A stretch of 64,000 nt of DNA from the human T2T-CHM13v2.0 reference genome, Homo sapiens. This document shows, one piece after another, positions 24,101 to 38,010 of this stretch. Every line of letters begins with the position of its first letter. Within the stretch, counting starts at the first letter, position 1. A program made the translations under genes and the position numbers. The notes beneath the pieces were generated by a model. That model had not been told where the DNA came from. It saw nothing but the letters and a program-made list of their open reading frames with translations, and did not search any database. The stretch is taken from assembly GCF_009914755.1 (NCBI RefSeq), contig NC_060929.1; one strand, 5' to 3'.

Positions 24101-24121
24101 TTCAGAACCACGGACAGCACC
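24101..24121 (+). promoter_or_regulatory. RE1/NRSE (REST binding site)
   Basis: TTCAGAACCACGGACAGCACC, 19/21 match to TTCAGCACCACGGACAGCGCC. Confidence 0.85.
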
Positions 24122-24349
24122 ACACCAGGGCTGCTTCCTCACATTTCCGGTCCTGAAAATTGCTCATTCACTGCCCACAAGGCCATTTCGCTTCAGAGCT
24201 TACAAACCCTTATTCCACATTCATCATTTCATTTTTTTCTCCCTACAGCCCTTCAAAGTAAACATTACTGGCTCCATGACACAGATGAAATTAAGGCTTG
24301 GAGAAGTTCACAGATGTGAAAAGTGGCAAGAACCAACCTGTGATCGAAA

Positions 24350-25330
24350 AAGGTCCCCCTGGGACAGGACAAGGGTGGACAGGAGCAGAGACTAGGCAGG
24401 AGTGAGGAGGCTATGGCAGGTGTTCAGGTGAGCGATGATGATGCCTGAACCACGGCGGCATTTGTAGGGATGGAGAGGAAGAGTCAGATTGGATACCTAT
24501 CTAGGGGTAAAATCAATAGGCCTTGACCATGAGGTGGATGTGGGTGGAGGGGAGAGAGAACTCTGCTGTCTCTCTGAGATTCTGCCTTGGGGAGCCAGGT
24601 GGATGAAGGACAGATAATTTATGAGCTCTGGGGGGAAAGAGGGGTTTATAGGATGGCCGTGCTGATACATTTGAGTCCAGAACTGAGTTCTGCCGTGGCC
24701 AAAGCTGAAGGCAGACAAGGGAGCCCATCCACCTCCAGCTGGTGCCGGAGGTCATGGGAGGGGTGTCGGCACATGGGAGGACGTACACATCAGGTACACA
24801 CCAGGTAGGGAGACACAAGGGCCCTAGGCCAACCCTGAGGCACGCCAACATGAAGGGACTGGCTGGGAAAAGGAGGCTGCAGCAAAGAATGAGAAGCAGT
24901 CATCTGAGAAGCCAGAAGCAGCCCAGGAGAGTGTTATGTCTCAGAAGCCAAGGGAGAGAGTGTTCCAGAAGGCAGGAGAGTCACCACATCAAGAAGACAA
25001 GATATGGCCTGAAAGGTGTCCTCTGGACTTTGAAAGTTGATGACATGCAGTCAGTGGAGAAGCGGGGTGGAAGGCAGCCATGGTGGGGGGTAGGTTGATG
25101 AGGAAATAGGAGTAAGGAAATGGAGTGGGCAAGTAGACAACTTCCTCAGAAAGTCTGGGCTTTGAGAGAGAAAACAGGAATGACAGTCTCTCCAGAGGGA
25201 TGGGAGGTTGAGCTGAAGGAGACTTGAAGGCATTTAAATTCTGATGGGAGGGGCCCAGTACAGAGGGAAAGGGCAAGGTGTCAGCAAAAGAGAGGACCAG
25301 GGCTGGGTCTGGATGCTCAGGTGGAAGGTG
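24350..25330. mobile_element. L2 LINE fragment
   Basis: Purine-rich L2-type motifs such as ggaggctatggcagg...gatgatg...ctgaacc and gaagccaagggagagagtgttcc. Confidence 0.55.
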
Positions 25331-26759
25331 GGGATGGGATCCAGAACCCCAGGGCAGCTCCCAGACCTGGAGATAAAGATCAAAAGCATGTGGTTTATTT
25401 GTGAGGTGCAAGGACACCAGCAGGGGAGTGGGAAGGTGACCCAGGAAGGGAAGGCAGCCAGTATGAGGTTATTATTCAGTCGGCTACCACAGTGAGTGAA
25501 GCTTAATCCTGCAGGGAACTCTTGGAAAATGGGGTAAATACACATTTTGGAATTCTCCTGGCTGAGGGCAAGGGAGGTGGGGTATTTATATCCCAACACC
25601 AGCAGATGTTGGTTAAGGGCCATCCCTGGAATGTGTTGCATGGGCTGTATGTTAATTCCCAGGCATTCCTGGCCCACAATGAATGTGGGCAAAGTGGGTC
25701 CCAGCAGCCTGAGAGCATCTCTCTGACAAAGATGCAGGTACTGCTGGGAGTCCTGCCGGTAGGCACAAAAATGATAAGGGCACCCAAAGGGATGTGGTCA
25801 GAGTTCTGGCAGTGCCTGCTATGTGGACACTGGAGCCTCTTTAAAATCTGGGTCCTCTGCCATGCTCTGCAACCACTCTTGTTCCATAGGGACTTGTTGA
25901 TAAAAACATTTTTAAAATGAAAATTTCCAGACAACAAAACAAAGCACTTGCTAACGCAGAGGAGGAGCTCAAAACAGGTACGGAGGCAGTTGATGTGGGT
26001 TCAGTCCTGGCTTTGCCAGTTACTAGCTGTATGGCCTTGGTTGAGGTCTCTCTTAGCCTCGATATCATCCTATACAATGCTTAGCTCTCAGAGCTCTAAG
26101 GAAGATGTAGGGAGGAAAAATACACCAAGTGCTTTTGCTGTGGACAGCAGTGTTATGGCAAGCCCAGCACCGCACACCCTTTTCTGACCACGGCACCTCC
26201 ATCTTCCTTGGGAGACCACCTCCCCACCCCAGCCCATGTGGTGGGATGGGATGGATCCCAGTGCCAGCTCTAGGGTGGGCAGTGACCCAGGTCACTGATT
26301 TGTTCTGGGGGGAGGGGGAGTCAGGGATGGAGCACGGAACCAAAGCCACCTGCTTCTCATACTCTCCTGGAATTTTGGGCCTTGCTGAATCGGTGTTGCA
26401 TACACCTGGAATTGCTGGGGGTCATCTTTGTCCCCGTGTGGAGAGAATCCATCTGGTCCCAGGTTGTGACTCATCCTAGGGTTCAGGCTCACCCTGTGAC
26501 AAATGACATGGTCACCCACACCCGTGTGAGTGTGTGTATGTATCTCGGGTTGCTCTGCCACTGGGGAGCCATACACACTCGTACGCACCAGAAGATAAAC
26601 AAGTGCCTGCAGCTCCTTGGCTGGCGCCCAGGCCGGGGGTGGAATAAACAATCCCAGTGACTTTCTGAAAAGCAAGCGTGTGTGGCAACAGGCACCATGG
26701 AGACAAGCAGACTGTACCAGAGCAGAGACAGCAGCCACCCCCCAAAGCCACCCCTGCGT

Positions 26760-26760
<1 letters not shown>

Positions 26761-26794
<34 letters not shown>
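26761..26794. repeat. (CA)17 microsatellite
   Basis: Read directly. Confidence 0.97.
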
Positions 26795-26798
<4 letters not shown>

Positions 26799-27929
26799 AT
26801 GTATCTTGCCCTCTTTCCCCTCTCGTTCACATTCATATCATGTTCATATCTCCTCCATAAAGCACAATCCCCTTCTCACACCCAGGCAGCTACTCCCATT
26901 CTAGCTTTGTTTGAGGCTAAAACTTTTGAGGTCTGAGACTCCCAACACAACAGCATCCACAGTTCCTGAACTCGTTGCCTGGATACTGGCCCTGGTCTAG
27001 GCCATATTTCAGCAAATTGAAGCCACTAGAGAAGGTGTGTGCTCTGTGTGTGGGGGGGGGAGGGGGGAGGGCAGGCAGTGCCATATAAACCCAACTTTCT
27101 GTAAAGTTCTTGTGTTTGCTTCAGGGATGCACACACCACATACAAACACACACTCCTTCAAGAAATACTTACCTGTAGTTGTAGTTGGCTATGAAGATTG
27201 AAGAATTTTTTATATTTTTTTATTTAAAAATAAAAATAAAAAATACTTACCCAGACCCCACACACCTGCACCCTCTGAATACTCGGATCCACACCCATCC
27301 TCCTGTGTGCCGTGTATAACCCAGCACCCCCCAGATGATGATAACGATGGTAGTATACCACTTACTGTACATTAGTGTTTTACAGTCATCACCTCATTCT
27401 ATTTAATCCTAAAGAAAACCATCTGAGACAATACAATTATTCCCATTTCATAGGTGAGGAAACTAAAAAGTTCAGAGACATTAAGTAACTTGCCAGGGTT
27501 GCACAACTAGAAAGTAATAAAGTTGGGAGTCAAACTCTAGCCCTACTCAGACACCCACACAACGCCCTCATACATGTGCACATGCTACATACATACACAT
27601 ATGCACACACATGAGGAAACTCTACCTCCTCAGTCAGCCCAGATAACTGATGCACATCGGGTCACCTTTCCCACCCTGATCTCCTCACATGCACTACCCC
27701 CGGGCCCTCACAGTGCTGCACTGATGGTCATGAGAGCCCCAGCCTGGGCACACAGGCACACAGCCTGCTGCTCACACAGGCCCCCTCCCCCCTCGCTGCA
27801 CCCCCCTCACCCCCAGCAGCTGCGGCCCGGCCTGGATGAGGGAGGCCCCAGGATTCGGATGGGTGACTCAGGCTGAATCATGGCCCAGCTGCTCCTTGGC
27901 AGCCCTCTCTCCCATTCTGCCCGAGAGCC

Positions 27930-28175
27930 TTTTTTTTTTTCCTTTTTCTTTTTTGAGACAGGGTCTTGCTTTGCCTAGGATGGAGTGCAGTGTCATGATC
28001 ACAGCTCACTGCAGCCTCCAATACCTGAGCCCAAGCAATCCTCCCACCTCAGTTTCCCAAGTAGCTGGGACTACAGGTGTGAGCAACTGCACACAGCTAA
28101 TTTTTAGTATTTTTTGTAGACAGGGTCTTGCTATGTTGCCCAGGCTGATTTTGAACTCCTGGGCTCAAGTTATCC
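27930..28175 (-). mobile_element. Alu (AluJ-like, 5'-truncated)
   Basis: GAGAGCCT on both sides. Confidence 0.88.
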
Positions 28176-29906
28176 CAGAGAGCCTATTTGGAAAGCAAAG
28201 TTGGATCTTAGGGCAGGGGACAATGAGTTGGTGGTAGACAATAAGGGATGGAGCACTTGAGAGGGAGAAATTGGGCACAAGAAGACCTCTGTGCCCTCCT
28301 CCACTCCCTGATATCCTGCAGGTGCACCCAGGCAGCCCCCACCCATGTCCCTCATTCTGCCAGGGAAAGGAGTCCTTCCGCCTGGACCCTGGCCAGGGGC
28401 TCCCTCTCTAATCTCAGGGCCAATTTTGGTTCCCCGCCCTACCTCTTGGTCCTAACAATGACAATAACAATAAACAATATTAACTATTCTAATTGATCAC
28501 TCCCAATTTACAGCACCCTATAATTTACGAAGCACTTTCTCATCAGTATTGCATTAATTCTCCTACTAGTCCTATGGGGTGGAAATTAGCATCCTCATTT
28601 TGGGGCTCAGGAAACCAAGGCTCAGAGAGGTTATGTGAACTTCCACTGCCACAGTTGGTGGGGTGACAGAGTCAGGAAGCAAGCCTGGTCCAATCTGTGG
28701 AGTAAGCACTAGGGCCAGAAGTCAAGTTGCAGTTGGGTGTGGTGGGCACACAGTAGGAGGTAGGTGGGGGTACTGCAGGGGCATGGTAGGGTGCATGGCA
28801 GAGGGCATGGCAGATGCATGGCCAGTGGCTTGCTGTGTGGCAGGTTTGTTGTAAACTTTTTCTCTCTATCCTTCTGTAAGTAAAGAATTACAGAATGATT
28901 TATGCTTTCAAGCTCTCTTTTCAGTGTGTCAGGCTGATATCCCAAGGCTCTCAACCCCACAGCATGGAGCTTCCACTGGGCTGCAAGACTTTTGCTTCTT
29001 GAAACCTCTATTTCCTCATCTGAAAAAATGGGTCCAAGTTTCGGGCAGGTAGGCTATTGAGAGGTGCAAGTGAAATCATGGTGCCCTTGAGGAGCCAGGA
29101 AGGACTTCCCAAAGGCCGCTGCTTGTCACATTTTGTTTTCTCTTTTTAAAAAACACGATGGGTGCTGGGCAGAGGGAGGGGTGGGCTTCTAGGAGCCTGG
29201 GGGTGGTACTAAGAGGGGAGTGGGTGACAGCTCTTCCTTCCCCTGCCTGGGCTCGGCCTGGCCTTCCCCCACCCTCAGCCCAGAGCCTGTTTCCAGGCAA
29301 CAGGATGGATGCAGGGATGGTTTGAAGGGGAGAGAGCTATAAATAGGGAAGGGAGAAAACAAAAATAAAGTTCCAGAGAAAGCTGTGGAGCTGCATTGCT
29401 GGGGGTGGGGGTAGGGAGACCGACGAACAGCGGGGACGGGGGACAGTCCCCAGCCCTCCATCAGTGGGAGAGGGCAGTTTTCAGGTTAGCCACCCAGCAA
29501 TGGTCCTCAGGGTGCTGACATGGGTGGGAAGGCAGTCTCTGTGTGCACAGCAAAGCAGGATGGGGGTGAGGAGGAGAAATCACTTCCAGTCAGAGGACTA
29601 ACAAAAGCTCAGAAGAGGGAGGGTTGCGGCAGGCAGAGGTGACGGCCGCTGTCTGGATGGAGGAGGAGGCAGGCAGACAAAGGGAAATCATGGGCCAGGT
29701 AAGGTGGGGTTGGATCCACGGATCTCAGGAGGCCTGGCTGGGCTCAGCCTGATGGCCACACTGCTGGGGACACACAGACACAGCGAGGTGGGCTTTTCCT
29801 CCATCTGCGACACTTGCCACCCCCCAGGTCTTCCCATACCACCCTCTCCTCCATCAGGTTTCAGCTCCAACCTCCCCTCCTCAGACAACTCAGACAACTG
29901 ACCTGA

Positions 29907-30212
<306 letters not shown>

Positions 30213-31699
30213 CCTGGCCGCCTTATTTTAAGGTTGCTCACCACCTCCTCTTCGTCGCATTCTATCACACCGCCCTGCTTTGTTCTTCGTAAAACTCAAG
30301 ATTATCTTGTTCCATGTATTTGTTGGCCATTTTGTGATCACTAGGTGAGCTCTAGTCGGAGCAGTGACCTGAGGGCTGTTCCCTGCAGCCCCTCCTCCAT
30401 CTAAGGACAGAGCATCTGTGCCACGCACACTGTCGGACTAAACGAACCCGCAACACGGGTACATGCGTGAACACTGATACAGACACAGCACACTTCATGC
30501 CCATACCACCTTTGTAAGTGTGCACACATAGCTCAAACCCACCCACATACACAACCTCGCTACCTGGCTCCATGAAATTGCACAAGTGTCCGTAATCTCC
30601 ACGCTGCTACCTCCACATTTTCCTGTGTCTTTTGTTTATCTCCCCTCAGAGGCAAAGCAGGCCCCTTTTGGAAATTCCAAAGGAGGTGGGCTTTGGAGAC
30701 AGGCTTGGGGCCAAATGTGGCCTTTGCCACTTCCTAGCAATGGCGACAGTGGGCAGGTAACTGCCTCTCCAGCCTTCATTCCTTCATCCATAAATTGGGG
30801 GTAAAAAACAAGAAAGACTTGATGGCAGTTTCCAGTGAAATTACTGGAGATAAGCGTTTCATGGATATACTGGGCACTTGGGAAATGGCTTGGTCCCTGT
30901 CACCAGAGAGAGCCCATGAGATGTGTGGGCTCTCACATGCACACGGTCAAGGCTTCTGACACGAGGCTGGTATCTTGGCTGACACTTCTAGGCCTGTGCC
31001 TGGAATGCATTGACCCTGGCAGATGAGAACACTGGTCTCTGAGCAGAACCATTCTCAGTGGGACCAGGTGTGAGGGTTGGCACCCAGGAAGCAGGAATGA
31101 ATCTCCCCACAAGCCAGATGGCAAACCTGGTTTTGGCGTTTAAAAATGGGGATCAGGTGCTGGTAGCTGGATTGGAGGCGGCAAACTCAGTCTTTAGGGG
31201 CCACGCAGTGCATGAAAATGAGTGAAGTGGATGGGTGTGATACAAAAGGAGGGGAAGGGACTGCGACCAACTGGAAGTGTGTCCAGCCTAAAGGCATTCA
31301 AATTTTACAATTTTAAAACCTTGTGCTCGCAAATCAAACATATCTACAGGCCAAATTCAGCCTGAGGGCCACGAGTTTGCAATCTCCACGGATTGTGGGT
31401 TGTGAGTAGCATCTTAATTCAACCAAAAGGGATCTGGAGCTCCTGGCATCCTCACGTAAGTGACTCAGAGAATCCAAGCCCACCGGTTTGTTCCCCCCCG
31501 CCACCCCACCCGCCTCACGTCTGCCAGCTGCCTCCTACTTCCGGAAATAAAGGTCCCTACCCTGCGGGCCAAGGTGACCTGAGCAGAACGGTCTCCCGCA
31601 GCGTTCAAGGCCTTCTTCCCGGCTTGGCACCACTTCTTGCCCCCAACAACTCAGGGAAAGAGGAGGCGCTAACACTCGGGGGCTAACTGAATAGAGCAA

Positions 31700-33250
31700 C
31701 CTTCTTCCAGCTAGAGGCTGGAGGGCGAGGCAGGCTTGCGGCACGAATTGAGGTCGCACTGAGGTTTAGAATAGGGCAGGGTCTTGCGCAGGCGAGTTTG
31801 GGGGCCTCTGCGGCATAGCCACGCCAAGAGCCAGTCCGGGTGGGGGCGGGGCCTCTGCGGGACGGGGCGGGGCCTCGGTGCAAGCGCGGAGAGAGGGCCT
31901 CTGCGGCAAGAGGGCAGGGGCGGGGCCTCGCGCAGGGACTGCCTATGCCAATAAAGGCAGCGCATGGGGGGCGGTGCCTCTGCGCGGAGCCAGCAGTATC
32001 TCCGCCCCCATCTTTCTCACTCTGAGGCGGTGTTGGGGGCCCCCTAGTGCTGATCCTGATCCGCTCAAGGCTCCCGGGCGGCATCCCAGACCTCTGCGGG
32101 CCCTCGCCCACCTCAAACTTTCGGCCTCAAACATTCCGGCGCCTTCGTGGGGGTGGGAGGGTGGAGCACCGGAGGCCAGGGCTCTGCTGGCTGCAGGGGC
32201 AGTTGCCCATTTCCCTTCCCCTTAGACAAGTTTTTCTGCTTTGGGCAGGTGCGCGCGGGGCTTTGTGCGTGTCCACGTTCTGGAGTGGGAGAGGTCTTTC
32301 AGCGCTCGAATGGGATGCACGTGTTGGCCAGCGTGCATGCACGCTCGCGCGGCCAGAGTGCGCACACTCGGGTTCGCGCATATGGACCCACGGACAGGCA
32401 CGCGGGTCCGCACGTGAGTGGGCATCGGCGCGCCTGCGCTACCTGTGCGGCCAGTTGTGAGCCCTTCCGCCCCAACGCTGCGGCGGCATGGGGCTTCCCT
32501 AGATCCTGCACTCCCAGCTGGCACTTTAGGGACTAGCAGGAGGCGCCCGAGGCCACCTTCCCGCCTCCCAGCCAACTGCGTGTCCCAGCCCCGGGGGCAC
32601 CCTCCCCGACCTGCCTTCCGGGGGACAGAGTGGGAGATGGAGACGCGAAGCCAGAGGTGGCCAGTCTTGTACCTGGGCTGTGTGTGCCAGACCCCAAAGA
32701 GCACAGAGGGGTAGGCTGGGACCTGGAAGACTCGCCGCCACGTGTCGCCCCCACCCGGCGCCCAGCCCAGCCCTGCCGGTGCGGCTCTGGCTACAGACAG
32801 ATTAGCTTTATTCATGGACTCTCGGGGGGCGGCCGGGCCCACCCGCCCGGGACACGCTCACATGGGGGGGATGGGGACTCTCCATGCCACAATCACAACA
32901 CACGACGCCCGCGTTCGGACCGGGCCGGCTGGGATGGGGGGCGGGGGACATGGCACAGCCTGGCTCCTGGTTTTGGTTAAAAAAAAAAAGGTTCTCGAGG
33001 TTAATGGGAGTCGGGCGGGGTGCTCTGGGGCTGCCCGGGGGCCGCTTGGAGAGCCACTGTCGGGGATCGGGGAGGAGCCGTCGCTCGGATCTTCGTTTAA
33101 AAACACATAGAACATGCTACATCCGCGCAGACGCTGGATGGGAGGAGGCAACACTGGAGGGGCGAGGCTCCCAGCCGCGACCGCAACCCTGGCCCTGTCC
33201 ATGCCCCGGGGTTGGACGCGGGCGGGTAGGACAGACAGATGGACAGACAC
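31700..33250. promoter_or_regulatory. CpG island spanning the SNCB 3' end and downstream region, with a GC-box cluster
   Basis: Dense CpG; repeated GGGGCGGGGCCTCTGCGG; CCAAT at 31948. Confidence 0.75.
32807..32812 (-). terminator. SNCB: SNCB poly(A) signal AATAAA
   Basis: TTTATT on the + strand about 580 nt after the stop codon. Confidence 0.85.
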
Positions 33251-33394
33251 TAACACAGGCTCCGAGGGGGTTGCCTCAGAGCGGAAGGAAGATCTCGTGA
33301 TTGGGGAGAAGGAGTCTAAGGACAGCCCTGGCTCTGGGGGGCGGGGCAGGGACAGGGACAGAATTGTGCTGCTGGTGGGGGCTCTCCTGGGCCC

Positions 33395-33427
33395 CTACGC
33401 CTCTGGCTCATACTCCTGATATTCCTC
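33395..33427 (-). CDS. SNCB: SNCB last coding exon (EEYQEYEPEA*)
   Basis: gcag acceptor, TAG stop, synuclein C-terminus. Confidence 0.96.
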   Translation of the reverse strand, partial: EEYQEYEPEA

Positions 33428-33797
33428 CTGCATCACCGGGATGGGGGTGGAGTAGAGAAGAGCAAAAAGGAGGAGGAGTTTGAGACCAAGTGGCCAAGCC
33501 CCGGCCCAAGAACCCTCTCCCTGAAGGAGGAATAGCACATTCCCCTTTTCCTGGGCAGGGGAGGAGCCTGGAAGTTGGGGACAACAGAGAATTCTTGGGC
33601 AGGTGTGCCTGGGGCCCAGCGCTAGACCCTATCTGCCCTCTCCTCCCTGCTCCCACCTCCTGGGGCCTGGGTTCTAGAAGAGGGATGTCAAGCTCCCTGG
33701 CCCAACCATCTCATGCCAGGGATGTCCCACCCCAGCTAGGGACGGCAGCAATCATCCTGGATTCCCAAAGTCCCGCCCAGCCCTGCTGCCCCCTCAC

Positions 33798-33887
33798 CTG
33801 GGGTGGGTCCTCATAACTCTCCCCTTCTGGCTCCATCAGGGGCTCAATCAGTGGTTCTTCAGCAGCTTCCTGGGCCACTTCCTCTGG
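33798..33887 (-). CDS. SNCB: SNCB coding exon (PEEVAQEAAEEPLIEPLMEPEGESYEDPPQ)
   Basis: cacag acceptor, gtgagg donor, 90 nt. Confidence 0.97.
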
Positions 33888-34910
33888 CTGTGGGCAGAAA
33901 AGGTCAGGACTCGTGAGGACAGCCAGGATGCCCCCCAAATTCCCACAGTGGTAAGCTTTGGGTGGGTTGGAGTGGGGAAGGCTAGGGTGGGTTGGCAGAG
34001 CAAGGATAATTTCTAATTCAGTTATTTATTTGGAGTGCCTTGGAAGTGGGATGGAGGTGAAGGGGGAAATTCCCCCGAATCACAGTTGAAGTGGCAGCAT
34101 GGAGTGGGAGCTGGCTCTCCACGCCGCTCCCCCAATGCCTGGCAGCCTCCACACTTCCACCATTTGGATACTCAGTCACCAGCTTATGCCTCATCCTTTG
34201 TGTCAGGCTCTGTGCTGGGCATCGGGACCCCAGAGATAACCCTCAGGCTCCCCTGGGCTGAAGGGAGCTGGAGGCTCAGGGACAGGGCTGGGCAGGGGCT
34301 CTGAGCCATTCCCCCGCCACCTTCCACTCATCCCTCCCCCGGGCCCTGTGTGGCCTCGTTTCTTCAGCTGTTGCTATTTTAAGATAAGCTGGAAGCCACA
34401 GCTCGTGGTGTTGCTTGGATGTGTGAGCTAAGACTCTCCCCCCCACCCGCTGCGTCTGCTGCCCAGACAGGCGCAGACCAGCGGGCATGCATGTGGGCGG
34501 GCTGCCAGACACATGGCCAGCCACCTGCAGGTGACCACATATATGTGAACAAACATGGGACTGAGCTGGCTGCACACACAAGCACACGCGATAGCTTAGG
34601 ATCCATGCACAGCCTGTGCAGTGCCTCATGTGGGGCTGGCACACGCCTGGGATCCCGGAGCATTGGTGCTGGGGAAAGCCTGCCCTGACCACGTCTGCAC
34701 CCTGGGTGTCCCAGCTCCATCCAGGCAGCGTCAGCTCCTTCACATTACCTGTCTAAGTGGGCCCTGTGGGCACATGAGTTTCCAGCTCCTGACCTGGCTC
34801 ATTTCCCCACTGCACAGATGCGTATGCCAAGGCCCAGGAGGTGGGGAAATGTTAGTTTGCCCCCAAGTCACCCAGCTATGACCAGAACCCAGGGATGGAA
34901 TGTAGTGCTA

Positions 34911-35180
<270 letters not shown>

Positions 35181-35316
35181 CTAACGACACAATGGAATAC
35201 TACACAACAAGAATGAAGAACAACAATGCATACAAGAGCAGGGCTGAGTCTCACAAGCTTCCTGATGAATGGAGGAAGCCAGATACAGAATAGAAGAGCA
35301 TGGCCTTCATGATGAC

Positions 35317-35615
35317 TTTTTTTTTTTTTTTTTTTTTTTTGAGACAGTCTCACTCTGTGGCCCAGGCTGGCGCGCAGTGATGTGATCTCGGCTCACCGCA
35401 ACCTCAGCCTCCTGGGTTCCAGCGATTCTCCTGCCTCAGCCTCCCAAGTAGCTGGGATTACAGGCATGTGCCACTGCATCTGGCTAATTTTTATATTTTT
35501 AGTAGAGATGGGGTTTCGCCATGTTGGTCAGGCTGTTCTCAAACTCCTGACCTCAGGTGATCTGCCCACCTCGGCCTCATGCCTGGGATTACAGGCATGA
35601 GCCACTGTGCCCAGC
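35317..35615 (-). mobile_element. Alu (AluS)
   Basis: Long poly-T tail plus dimer. Confidence 0.93.
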
Positions 35616-35686
35616 CTCATGATAACATTTACAAGAAGTCAAAAAACACCCAACTAGTGTTGTGCTGATAGAAGCCAGGAAGCAAG

Positions 35687-35978
35687 GCCAGGCATAGTGG
35701 CTCACGCCCGTTACCACTCCCAGCATTTTGGGAGGTCAAGGTGGGCAGATCACTTGAGGTCAGGAGTTTGAGACTAGCCTGGCCAACATGGTGAAACCCA
35801 TCTCTACTAAATATACAAAAATTAGCTGGGCATGGTGGTGCACGCCTGTAGTCTCAGTTACTCAGGAGGCTGAGGCAAGAGCATTGCTTGAACCCAGGAG
35901 GTGAAGGTTTCAGTGAGCTGAGATTGTGGCACTGCACTCCAGCCTGGGCAACAGGGCGAGACTCCGTCTAAAAAAAAA
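35687..35978 (+). mobile_element. Alu (AluS)
   Basis: Full dimer. Confidence 0.93.
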
Positions 35979-36324
35979 GTCAGAAAGCAGTTCCCCTTGG
36001 AGGGCGATAGGCAGGGCCAGGACTGAGGGGAGGTGGGTGAGGCTCCTGGAGTGTAGATGTTAGGGAGGCCTGGCCTCCGTCTCCTGGCCATGCAAGTGAG
36101 ACTCCATGAGTGAGTGCCCCAGACACCTCTTTTGTCTCCCCCTAGTCCTGGCCCTGGGGATAGGAACTGGAAGGGGTCACAAGGTGGGGTCCTGGGGGGT
36201 AGTGTTCTGTCTCGAGCTGGCTACTGGTTACAAGGGGAGTTCCCTTTGTGAACATTTCATGGAGCTGCCAGTTTTCCACATGTACATTGTACTTCAATAA
36301 AAAGTTCACTTAAAAAAATACCCA

Positions 36325-36440
36325 TAGCCTGTAATCCCAGATACTTGGAGGGCTGAGGCAGGAGGATTGCTTGAGCCCAGGAGTTCCAGATCAGCCTGGG
36401 CAACATAGCAGGACCCCATCTCAGAAAACAAACAAACAAC
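36325..36440 (+). mobile_element. Alu monomer (FLAM-like)
   Basis: GCCTGTAATCCCAG...GAGCCCAGGAGTTC...CATCTCAGAAAAC. Confidence 0.85.
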
Positions 36441-37101
36441 CCCAGCCTGGCCACCTGGTAGCTACCTGGCATCAGGCAAGTCATTTTGCTTCTAATCTCA
36501 GCAGCCTTGCATGGGAAACGAGGCTGGTGAGGATTCCGTGATGATGGATGGAAAGCATGCTCGAAGCAGAGAGTCTCAGAAATGCAGACCATGGGCCTGC
36601 ATGAGTCCCCCATGCCGCTGGTGGCCCAAGGGGCTGTTGTCTGTGTTATAACTCTATGATCTTGGGCTCCCTTGGGAGGGTAGCCTTGAGGCGTCAACAA
36701 GCACCAGTAGGAGAAAGGTGACCAGAGAGAAATGGTTCTGTGCAAACACCCATCACAGCCTGGGGCTGACAGGCTGAACCTGCCTCTCTTTTGCACCCCA
36801 GCTCGCAGCACTAGGACTGGCCCTGTGCCATCACCAAGCGACCCCAGTGACATGGCCTGAGCTTATCCTCCTGACCACCTTATAAGGGAGGCAGGCAGGA
36901 AATGGGGTCTTGGGCAAGTGACTTCACTTCTCTAAACCTCAGTCTCTTCATCTGTAAAACGGGCTGGTTATGGTGCCACATTGGGAAGAGTCAATGAGTT
37001 AGTTCATCTAGAGTCAAACATCTAGGACAGTGCCTGCTCATGAAAGAGATCAATGAATGGAAGTGATTATTGGTAACATGATTATAAGAAATGGGAAGTC
37101 A

Positions 37102-37412
<311 letters not shown>

Positions 37413-37829
37413 AAATGGGAAGTCATACAGATAGTAAAATGCAGAGACAGGGCTTGAACTAGAACTTCTGAGTCAAGATCCTGACTTCCAACAGTGGAAG
37501 GAACCAACTGTGCAAAATGACAGGAGTGGAGGGCAGCGTGGGGTCTCCCACAGCCTGGTGGATGCACTCATGCTGAACGTACACTGATCACCCAAACCAG
37601 ACGCTGCAGAAGGAGCCCCCATCCCCATGGAGGCAGGGTCTGCACGCGTCCATGGACAGACACAGAGCATTCACAGCGAATGCCTGCACACACATGTCAT
37701 GGGGGATCCACTTCCAGGCACGCCTGTGGTCACAGGATCCCCTGCAGGCAGACCCAGACTGCTTGAGTGATCATGTGGCCACAATCTCTTGCAGGGCATT
37801 CACTGTATGCAAACCCAGCTCTTTATATC

Positions 37830-38010
37830 CATGGTTCTCATAGTATGCTCCCTGGAACTGCGGCATCAACCTCACCCGGGTACTTGTTAGAAATGCAAAT
37901 CCTCCAGCCCCACCTCAGACCTACTGAATCAGAAATTCTAACGATGGGGCCAACAATCTGTATTTTAACCTGGCCTCTTGGTGATTGATACACACTCAAG
38001 CTTTGAGAAT
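37830..38010 (+). mobile_element. MER5A DNA transposon
   Basis: tggttctca...cttgttagaaatgcaaat...cagacctactgaatcagaaa...ttgagaa. Confidence 0.8.

Noticed and set aside
27050-27090. G-run followed by a TATAAA box as a hidden promoter
   Set aside because: Isolated motif with no CpG island or convincing downstream exon structure.
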